64,000 nucleotides of DNA from Azolla caroliniana (Eukaryota > Plantae > Polypodiophyta). Shown piece after piece: positions 53,101 to 62,040 of the stretch. Each line of letters starts with the position of its first letter. The first letter of the stretch is position 1. The stretch lies in contig JBHGNT010000013.1 in the NCBI GenBank assembly GCA_043228905.1, positions 14,942,001 through 15,006,000 on the forward strand, in the 5' to 3' direction. The notes beneath the pieces are model-generated. The model was not told where the DNA came from. It saw nothing but the letters and a program-made list of their open reading frames with translations, and did no database searches. The position numbers and the translations under genes were made by a program.

Positions 53101-54728
53101 CGATTTGGTCCACTCAGACGTCTATGGTCCTATGCCACATCAGTCTCTCGGCGGTGCCTTGTATTTTGTTAGCTTTATTGATGACTTGACTCGGAAGGTG
53201 TGGGCATACCCAATTAAAACTAAAGATCGAGTGTTCTCGATTTTTTCCGATTGGCTCGCTATGGTGGAGAATCAGTCCGGCCAAAAATTCAAATGCTTTC
53301 GGACCAATAATGGAGAGTAGTTCAAATCTGAAGAATTTGTCAAATTCTGCGGACAACGCGGCTTACGATGTGAATATACGGCACCCCACAGTCCAGAGCA
53401 GAATGGAATTGCCGAGCGAATGAATCGAACAATTCAAGAAAGGATAGTTTCCACGCTTCAACACTCCGGACTATCGGATGGCTTACGACATTACACATAA
53501 TCCATATGTCACCGAGTAGGTCTCTACGACTACGTATATACCTCAGGAACTATGGACTAGCAACAAGCCGAATATCGACAAGCTGAGGATTTTTTAGTGC
53601 GAGGCATACGCCCTCATATCGAAAGACGATCGTTGCAAACTTGCACCAAGGTCCAAGAAATGCATTTTCCTCGGTCCATTTTCCTCGGTTATGGACCATA
53701 TGACGAAATCAGCTACCGACTCTGGACCCCGAGCACAGACAGATTGTCCGAAAATCGGACGTAGTGTTCAATGAGTCAGCCATGCAAAAATCGGCCGAAA
53801 AGCCGATCGAAGTCCGAAGAGTAATTTTTTCGGATGTGTCAACCCTTCACGAAGGCCCAACACACAACACAAGTTGAAACCTCTAGTACCGACTCGACAA
53901 CATCCGACTCGGCACACCCAAATGTTTCGGCTTCAGACCATTCGACTACGACACCCGATGCAACTAGTTCAGTCATACCTCGAAGATCCGAGAGACTACC
54001 GTAGACCCAGAGAGATACTCTCCTGATATCTTATTTACGAATGCTGGAGAACCGATGTCATACGAAGAAGCATTGGCATCCGCCGATTCAGCCACCTGGC
54101 ATCTAGCCATGGAGTTGGAAATTAACTCCATTTGTGCAAACAAAACTTGAGACTTGGTCGAGAATTACAGAAGAATTGATGCGGTCTCCCATGCAAGTGG
54201 GTATATCGAGTTAAAGAGACGTTTGATTCGGCCACCCCAGAATTCAAGGCCAGACTAGTATCTAAGGGTTTTTTACAAGAATATGGCGTCGATTTAGACG
54301 AAATATTTTCACCAATGGTGAAAAGGACAACCCTTTGACTCATGCTCCGCGTCATGGCAGCCGAGAATTTGCAGCTAATTCAACTAAATGTCAAAACGGC
54401 ATTCCTCCATGGTGATCTAGAGGAGGAAATTTATATGGAGCAGCCGAAAGGCTTCATGGCACCCAGTCAAGAACATCTAGTCTGCCAACTCAAGAAGAGT
54501 CTTTACGGTCTAAAATAGGCACCGCGACAGTGGTATAAGAAGTTCGATGACTTCATTCAGTCAGTCGGCTTCTCGAAAAGCAATGAGGACCACTGTCTCT
54601 TCACGAAAACCGCTCGAGATGGGTCACCCATATTCCTCATCATCTACGTGGACGACATGCTAATCTCTGGTCGGTAAGCCGGAGAGCTTGTTGAACTCAT
54701 TCGGCAACTATAGTTGAAACTTTACGAA
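50149..54728 (+). mobile_element. Decayed, 3'-truncated Ty1/copia ('copia I', same family as H)
   Basis: 5' LTR 50149-50466 is the inverted homolog of 48947-49269. PBS tggtatcaaagc. gag (KFDGSNFNLWK), protease DSGVSYHM, INT, and RT up to YVDDML. Confidence 0.88.
51260..51729. mobile_element. Solo LTR inserted in copia I gag
   Basis: Ends tgttacggg/cccgtaaca; TSD caagg (51255-51259, 51730-51734). Confidence 0.88.
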
Positions 54729-55308
54729 AAATGATTACCCCACATTTTTCATCTTCTAAAACTAACCTTATCTATACACTTAGTGCATTCACATTAGAAT
54801 ATCACTTTCTATCCTTTGATAACATGATCTATCAACAAGTCAAGGGAATAGCCATGGGTAGTAATTTTTCTGTAGTTTATGCATGCCTATTCTTAGCTCA
54901 CTTAGAGGACTCCCAACCATCACACCCTAATCTTTTCTATTTCACTAGATATATAGATGATGCATTCAGGATATGCACGGGTACTAAACCCGAATTAGAA
55001 AATTACCTCCAGTTCTATAACACCTCCATTAATAATTGCATCAAAATTACCATCACCACTTCGCACTTTAGAATACCGTTCTTAGATTTATGGATTAACC
55101 TAAAGAATTCACATTTCTCCTTTAATTGCTACCAAAAGCCCCAAAATGCCTACTAGTATCTCTCATTCTGGTCAGTTCACCCCCTTCACTTAAAACGTCA
55201 TTTTATTATTAATGAACTAAAACGATACCTAATTAGAGAATGTACCCCCTTAGGTTTCCTTCGAATGAAAAAACTATTTTTTAGTAGATTAGTTAAGAGA
55301 GGATATAA
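54729..55308 (+). pseudogene. Penelope-like element reverse transcriptase fragment
   Basis: YQQVKGIAMGSNFS..YACLFL, RYIDDAF, PFLDL, YQKPQNAY*YL..S.HP.H.K..FI.NEL.RY...RLVKRGY: PLE-type RT core and thumb. Confidence 0.8.
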
Positions 55309-55692
55309 CACGTTCGCGTTCACAAGTGGAAGGATTGCGCATTCCACTTGTAGAATCTTCTTAAAACGAAGCAAATACACCCTCTCTACAAAAATTGGAT
55401 GCACTAGTATCACATGTTCCTCAATTTGATGAGAATTTGCAAATATAAAAATACATGATAGATCTACGAGTGGAGATCATTAGAAATCATGCAAGTTTAG
55501 ACACGTTGATAAGTTAATGTAGGCATAATAAAGTTCAACTATGGCTCAATATGTCACTACTGTGCGACAAGGGAAACACTAACTTAAAGACTTATATTAA
55601 TTAGGTAAGTTTTACAAAAATATCTGGTGTACTTGTATCCATACTAATAAAATGAGTTATAATTTATACTTTGACCCATACGTGCATGTATG

Positions 55693-55960
55693 TAATTGTG
55701 GAAAATGTAGGATAGTGCACATTAGGATAAGTGATTGGAATAACTAACTTATTAAAGTATTCAATACTTGTATTTAAAGTTGATCTAATCTATTCCTCAG
55801 TTTGTTCATATGGGATCAAACCATATGTATATAATTGTGGACAATGTAAGGCAATGAACTTTAGGATAATATTGTGGAAATAACAAACCTATTAGGCTTT
55901 CATACCTGTATTTAAAATTGATCTACTCTATTGCTTAGGTGATTCACACAGGATCAAACT
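55693..55960. repeat. Degenerate ~140-bp tandem duplication
   Basis: taattgtgga.aatgta...ttaggataa...tgtatttaaa.ttgatcta...ggatcaaac occurs twice. Confidence 0.75.
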
Positions 55961-56549
55961 CCGAACAATAACGCAACTGGAACCATTATCAACACACTAC
56001 ACAATCTAAGCAGCAATGGAATAGAAACATAATAGTTTTAACTGTCATGAGATGGCAAGACTCGAACCCATGACCTTATGGTATATGGGTCGAGCTCTTA
56101 ACCATCTCACCATCTATTGTAATTCATAGAATATTATTTTCATTTATGTTTTATTATAAGAAAGTAATGTATATTCCAGATTTCTCTGGAACATTCTAGA
56201 AGCTTCAGGATTATTCCTGAGAACACTATAAAAGAAGGCACTAAGCATTATGTTGAACCAAATTGGTTCAACACCAGTCTTAAGCCTCTTAGTCGATTTG
56301 TACTTATCTTTCATATAATATAAGAGTTGCTGTCATCATCCTATTTCTCTCTCTCTCTCCTCTTCTCACTTCCTCTCTCTCGGGAATCTTACGCAGTCCC
56401 GTCCTCTTAGTACTAATAGTACTAATAGTACTACTCTTCTTAGTACTAATTCCATCTCTGTTTTAGTACTATTCCTGACAGTTTGAACCAATTTGTTCCT
56501 CTAGCCTACTTGTCACTCTCCCTCATCTTCCTACCCTTTCCCCTATACT

Positions 56550-57707
56550 ATGGCTACTGTTAGCGCCCAAGAATACCAATCCGTTTTCTCCGAGCTACAG
56601 TGCCTAAAAGAAAAGTTTGTTGCCTTGGAACAAGAAAACCAACGGCTGATAGGGGATCTGCAACAAATCGCTCTAGAAAAACAACAAACGCAACAACAAC
56701 ATGGGGAGTTAGCGTTACGGGTACAACAACTCGAAGCAGCGTTGCAACAACAAGGATCCAGTCCCCAAGGATTTCATAAAGAGCCCAAGATTGGACTTCC
56801 TGTGAAATTTGATGGAACGCGTTCGCAATTTCGGGGATTCCTTAATCAGGTACGCTTAGTCATCCAGATGCATCCTTCCCGATATCCCACTGATGCATCT
56901 CGAGTCGGCCTAATAGGCACGCTACTTAGCGGCTCAGCCTTGGCATGGTTCGCTCCGCTTCTAGAAAAACAATCGCCCTTGCTTAATAACTTTGAAGATT
57001 TTATTGGTGAGTTTAAAGCCTGCTTTGGAGACACCGACAGCATCAGGACGGCGATCAACAAGATCCGGCGATTGCGTCAAGGCGATCGTCCAGCCTCTGC
57101 CTACGCGGCGGATTTCCGCCTACTTGCTTCAGATATACCCTGGGATGATCAAGCACTAATGGAGCAGTTTCGCTATGGCTTGCGAAACGATGTCAAAGAT
57201 CTACTTCTAACTTTCCCCGAAGAACCAAAGTCTCTTACGGAGGCAATCAGTCGAGCAGTTCGATGTGACAACCGCCTTTTTGAACGGCGTTCAGAACGTC
57301 AATTACAGATACCACGCTCTAGGCCAGAGCCCACTTACGCCGCAGTCGCGGCTAAACCGTTTGCACGAGACATACCTCAAGCAAATACTTCGACACCGAT
57401 GGAGATCGATACCATGCGTCGACGCGGCCCGTTATCGGAAGAAGAAAAGCAACGACGATGTGCCAATCGATTATGTCTTTATTGCGGTGGACCAGGACAT
57501 ATCGCCATCAATTGTCCCCATAGGCCAAGAAGACAGGTAAATCAAATTGTCGCCTGTACTAAACCTGAGTCAATTCTTCCCTTCGGAGTGTCTGATAGTA
57601 GTAATAGTACTAATAGAGTGTCAGATAGTATTCATAGTACTAATAGCCCAAGTATCTCAAATAAATTTGAAATCCTTAGTCAATTAGATGAAGAGTTAAA
57701 CGATTGA
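56550..57707 (+). CDS. gag: Gag (coiled coil, capsid, CLYCGGPGHIAINC zinc knuckle)
   Basis: 385-aa ORF with PVKFDGTRSQFRGF, LRQG...YAADF and a CCHC knuckle. Confidence 0.95.
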   Translation: MATVSAQEYQSVFSELQCLKEKFVALEQENQRLIGDLQQIALEKQQTQQQHGELALRVQQLEAALQQQGSSPQGFHKEPKIGLPVKFDGTRSQFRGFLNQVRLVIQMHPSRYPTDASRVGLIGTLLSGSALAWFAPLLEKQSPLLNNFEDFIGEFKACFGDTDSIRTAINKIRRLRQGDRPASAYAADFRLLASDIPWDDQALMEQFRYGLRNDVKDLLLTFPEEPKSLTEAISRAVRCDNRLFERRSERQLQIPRSRPEPTYAAVAAKPFARDIPQANTSTPMEIDTMRRRGPLSEEEKQRRCANRLCLYCGGPGHIAINCPHRPRRQVNQIVACTKPESILPFGVSDSSNSTNRVSDSIHSTNSPSISNKFEILSQLDEELND

Positions 57708-60700
57708 GTCCAGCCAAAATAGGAGCCATTTGGTTGGACAGCAGCCCTAGATCTGTACAGCCCATTAGTGGTTCCATTCCTTCCAAGCAAGTTAGCAATG
57801 TGTTCCTAGCCCAAGTCATTGTTAGTACTAAAAGTACTCCCCCAGTACCCGTCCTAGCACTTTTAGATTCCGGAGCTAATTCTTGTTTCATGGATCGAAA
57901 TTTTGCCCAAGCTTCTCAGATATCCTTAAGAAAACTTCCTTGTCCCGCATCTGTAGTGGTCATTGATGGTCGTCCCATTGCTTCCGGGAATATTGTAGAA
58001 GAATCAGAACCCATTCAAGTTGTCCTAGGTAGTTTTGTGTGTATAATATCATTTAATATAATTAGTAGTCCAGAGCATCCCATTGTCCTAGGATTACCTT
58101 GGCTTGAGTTACATAATCCAGCCATAGATTGGAGAACAAGAGAAGTCCGATATCGACCACCCCAAGAATCAACTCGCCGAGTTTCGACCATTTCACTCCA
58201 TCAACTACGCGAAGAAGGACCCAAGGAGGCAATGTTCCTATTTTCCATATCAGTACATCCTTCCAACACTATTAAGAAGGACTCCTCAGTACAACTTCCG
58301 GCAAAATATCATCCTTATGCCGATGTATTTGACAAGGTAAAAGCCGGTACCCTTCCTCATCACCGTCCCTATGACTGTCCCATCGATTTACAACCAGGAA
58401 CCGAGCCACCATGGGGACCAATTTACAACCTGTCACCCACCGAGTTAGAAGTCCTTCGAGCCTACATAGAGGAGAACTTGGCAAGCGGGTTCATCCGTCA
58501 TTCGAAATCTCCGGCCGGTGCACCCATCTTCTTTGTCAAGAAGAAAGATGGCTCACTTCGTCTTGTCGTTGATTACCGCGGATTAAATAAAGTCACCATC
58601 CGGAATAGGTATGCACTTCCTCTTATATCAAGTCTTTTAGAGCGAGTTAATGGTGCCAAGTTTTTTACTAAAATCGACCTACGCGGAGCGTATAATCTCG
58701 TGCGGATCCGACCGGGAGATGAGTGGAAGACCGCTTTTCGCACGCGGTATGGGCATTTTGAGTATACTGTTATGCCGTTTGGCCTAACCAATGCACCCGC
58801 AGTCTTCCAACACATGGCAAATGATATATTCAGAGACCTCTTGGATATCTGTTTGATCATTTATCTGGATGATCTGTTGATTTATTCGAAGACCCAGGAA
58901 GAGCACGACTCTCATGTACTATTAGTACTAAAGCGACTCCGCGAGAATGGTCTTTATGCCAAGCTAGAAAAATGTAGCTTTGACTGCAAGCAAGTGGAAT
59001 TTCTAGGCTACGTCATCTCCTCAAAGGGCATCGCCATGGATCCAGCTAAGATCCAAACTGTACTAGAGTGGCAAATTCCACGGTCGGTACGAGATGTACA
59101 ATGTTTTCTAGGTTTTGCTAACTTCTACCGTAAGTTTATACAGGATTACTCGAAGATTATTTTACCTCTCACACAACTTACGAAGAAGGGCCAAGCATTT
59201 CTTTGGTCCATTGAAGCAGATATGGCTTTTCGGCATCTTAAGAAAGCCTTTACATCAGCACCGATTCTAGCTCATGTGGATACAAGCAAACCATTCATCA
59301 TGGAGGCCGACGCATCAGATTTCGCCCTCGGTAGCATCCTTTCTCAACAAGGTGATAAAGAAGAGTTGCATCCGGTGGCTTTTCATTCGCGCAAATTCGA
59401 TGTCGCAGAAATCAACTACGAAATACATGACAAGGAGTTATTAGCCATCGTGGATTCATTTGTACAATGGCGGCATTTCTTAGAGGGCTCTCCACATCAG
59501 GTCATTGTCTTCAGCGATCATAAAAATCTTGCTTATTTTCAGAACGCTCGCGTACTAAATCGACGGCAAGCTCGGTGGGCGCAATTCCTCACGCGTTTCG
59601 ACTTCAAAATCACATATCGACCGGGGAAGCAGCAAGGAAAAGCAGATGCACTATCACGACGTTCATATCTTGCACCTCGTCCTGGTGAAGCAACATTTGA
59701 TAATCAAAAGCAAGTAATCTTGGGACCAACACGATTGCACACGACGCGGATTTTTCACACCCCGATGGATTCACGGATTACCGATGACATACGTGCAACC
59801 TTGAAGACGGATAGTTTTGCTCAAGACATCCTGGCGCACATTGATACTTCTCGGGCATCCTGTTCTCAGTCTCAACAACCAGGTATTGACTACCGACAAT
59901 TCGAATATCATGATGGTTTTTTATTCTTTAAAAAGCGCGTATATGTCCCCGATTGCTCCTGTCGCCTTCAAATTGTCCAACATTGTCACGACACCCATAC
60001 GGCGGGACATTTCGGTAGTACTAAGACCTTGGAGCTAGTGCAGCGATCTTTTTGGTGGCCCCACATGCGCCGTTTTGTCGACGACTACGTTCGGACCTGT
60101 GATGCTTGCTGCCGAGCAAAGATGCCACGACACCATCCATATGGCTTGTTGGAACCTTTACCAATTCCAAGTAAGCCATGGCAGTCTATTTGTCTTGATT
60201 TTATCACAGATCTGCCGGTCTCGAAAGGGTTCGATGCTATCCTAACCGTCGTCGATCGATATACGAAGATGGCACATTTTGTGCCATGTACTAAAGCCAT
60301 CACTAGCGAGGAAACCGCCGCTCTTGTTATGCGTGAGGTTTTTCGGCATCATGGCCTCCCAGACAGTATTATCAGTGACCGAGGCCCGCAATTTGTCTCC
60401 AAATTTTGGCAGCATCTCTTCAAGATGCTCAAGGTCTCCTGCAACCTCTCCTCCGGCTACCATCCTCAAACCGACGGACAGGCGGAACGAACAAACCAAA
60501 CGTTGGAGCAATATCTCCGGTGTTTCCTGAGTTATCAACAGGACGATTGGGCCGAGATTCTCCACTTTGCGGAGTTTGCGTATAATAATGCTATTCACTC
60601 CTCGACTCGGGTCTCCCCATTTTTCGCTTATACCGGTTTCCATCCTCGCTGGTCGGTGATCGACACTCCGGAGCTACCTACCAACCCTCGTGCCGAGGAT

Positions 60701-61276
60701 CATTTGGAGAGGCTACGCAAGATCCAGATGGATCTCTCTACTCACCTTCGTCATGCTCAACACACACAGAAGACTTATGCGGATCGTCATCGGATTCCCT
60801 CCTCTTTTGCCATCGGAGATCGAGTATGGCTCTTACGTCGTCACATCAAGACTACTCGACCGTGCGACAAGTTGGATTATCGACGACTCGGTCCTTTCCG
60901 TATTACGGGGAAGATTAATGATGTCACCTTCCGCCTTGATCTCCCTCCGCAGCTTCAGATACATCCGGTTTTCCATTGTTCTCTTCTTGAACCTTATAAA
61001 GCAAACACCATTCCCGATCGTGTGACACCACCGCCGCCCCCACTGGAGTTGGACGCCGGCCCGGAGTATGAAGTTGCTGCCATCCTCGATTCCAAACTTG
61101 TTCGCAACAAACTCTATTACTTGGTCGATTGGCTCGGTTATAGTCCAAGTGAACGTACTTGGGAACCCGTCGAGAATGTTGCCAATGCACAAGATCTTCT
61201 TGCTGATTTCCACCGAAAGTATCCGGACAAACCCGGTCCGCAAGTAGCGCTGACTCGTTCCACTCGTCGTCTTTAA
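57704..61276 (+). CDS. pol: Pol polyprotein (PR-RT-RH-INT-chromodomain), probably reached by -1 frameshift
   Basis: 1190-aa open frame: LLDSGA, YLDD, EADASD, HHCC + DDE integrase, LGPF, YEVAAILD...YLVDWLGY..SERTWEP. Confidence 0.96.
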   Translation: MSPAKIGAIWLDSSPRSVQPISGSIPSKQVSNVFLAQVIVSTKSTPPVPVLALLDSGANSCFMDRNFAQASQISLRKLPCPASVVVIDGRPIASGNIVEESEPIQVVLGSFVCIISFNIISSPEHPIVLGLPWLELHNPAIDWRTREVRYRPPQESTRRVSTISLHQLREEGPKEAMFLFSISVHPSNTIKKDSSVQLPAKYHPYADVFDKVKAGTLPHHRPYDCPIDLQPGTEPPWGPIYNLSPTELEVLRAYIEENLASGFIRHSKSPAGAPIFFVKKKDGSLRLVVDYRGLNKVTIRNRYALPLISSLLERVNGAKFFTKIDLRGAYNLVRIRPGDEWKTAFRTRYGHFEYTVMPFGLTNAPAVFQHMANDIFRDLLDICLIIYLDDLLIYSKTQEEHDSHVLLVLKRLRENGLYAKLEKCSFDCKQVEFLGYVISSKGIAMDPAKIQTVLEWQIPRSVRDVQCFLGFANFYRKFIQDYSKIILPLTQLTKKGQAFLWSIEADMAFRHLKKAFTSAPILAHVDTSKPFIMEADASDFALGSILSQQGDKEELHPVAFHSRKFDVAEINYEIHDKELLAIVDSFVQWRHFLEGSPHQVIVFSDHKNLAYFQNARVLNRRQARWAQFLTRFDFKITYRPGKQQGKADALSRRSYLAPRPGEATFDNQKQVILGPTRLHTTRIFHTPMDSRITDDIRATLKTDSFAQDILAHIDTSRASCSQSQQPGIDYRQFEYHDGFLFFKKRVYVPDCSCRLQIVQHCHDTHTAGHFGSTKTLELVQRSFWWPHMRRFVDDYVRTCDACCRAKMPRHHPYGLLEPLPIPSKPWQSICLDFITDLPVSKGFDAILTVVDRYTKMAHFVPCTKAITSEETAALVMREVFRHHGLPDSIISDRGPQFVSKFWQHLFKMLKVSCNLSSGYHPQTDGQAERTNQTLEQYLRCFLSYQQDDWAEILHFAEFAYNNAIHSSTRVSPFFAYTGFHPRWSVIDTPELPTNPRAEDHLERLRKIQMDLSTHLRHAQHTQKTYADRHRIPSSFAIGDRVWLLRRHIKTTRPCDKLDYRRLGPFRITGKINDVTFRLDLPPQLQIHPVFHCSLLEPYKANTIPDRVTPPPPPLELDAGPEYEVAAILDSKLVRNKLYYLVDWLGYSPSERTWEPVENVANAQDLLADFHRKYPDKPGPQVALTRSTRRL

Positions 61277-62040
61277 GGGGGAGATAGTGTCATGAGATGG
61301 CAAGACTCGAACCCATGACCTTATGGTATATGGGTCGAGCTCTTAACCATCTCACCATCTATTGTAATTCATAGAATATTATTTTCATTTATGTTTTATT
61401 ATAAGAAAGTAATGTATATTCCAGATTTCTCTGGAACATTCTAGAAGCTTCAGGATTATTCCTGAGAACACTATAAAAGAAGGCACTAAGCATTATGTTG
61501 ACCCAAATTGGTTCAACACCAGTCTTAAGCCTCTTAGTCGATTTGTACTTATCTTTCATATAATATAAGAGCTGCTGTCATCATCCTATTTCTCTCTCTC
61601 TCTCCTCTTCTCACTTCCTCTCTCTCGGGAATCTTACGCAGTCCCGTCCTCTTAGTACTAATAGTACTAATAGTACTACTCTTCTTAGTACTAATTCCAT
61701 CTCTGTTTTAGTACTATTCCTGACATTAACAATAGAAGACAAAGATCCATAATAACAACATGGACAGTCATGGCAACAATTATAGGGCCATGTTCTGTTA
61801 AGGTTAGCTTGGACCAAAATCAGCCTCAATTTAAACTAATTCATGTTTCTCCATAAATTTGGTAGTCAGCTATGCACGCGGTGAAACCAATGTCATAAAT
61901 CTACTAACCAAGTATATAAAAATAAAATTGAAACATATAGAAGATTATAAAGAATAGAATCCACTAGGTAAAACCCAAAATTTGTATTAATAATGTGAAA
62001 TCCTAACAAATCGTCAGTGTCATTTTCTTCATAGAGTCTA

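Larger units (their letters stand above)
56043..61725 (+). mobile_element. Intact chromodomain Ty3/gypsy LTR retrotransposon (Tcn1/Tf1-sushi-like)
   Basis: 438-bp LTRs 56043-56480 and 61288-61725; I see two substitutions between them. TSD ttaac on both sides; open gag and pol; PPT aagggggagatag. Confidence 0.97.

Noticed and set aside
56053-56111. Functional tRNA gene
   Set aside because: No acceptor stem or proper anticodon arm; kept only as a tRNA-like module.
57704-57706. TTG start codon for pol
   Set aside because: Artefact of a prokaryote-style ORF caller; a -1 frameshift explains the frame better.
56550-61276. Domesticated PEG10/RTL1-like host gene
   Set aside because: Flanked by near-identical LTRs, PPT and TSD, and retains integrase, so it is a retrotransposon.
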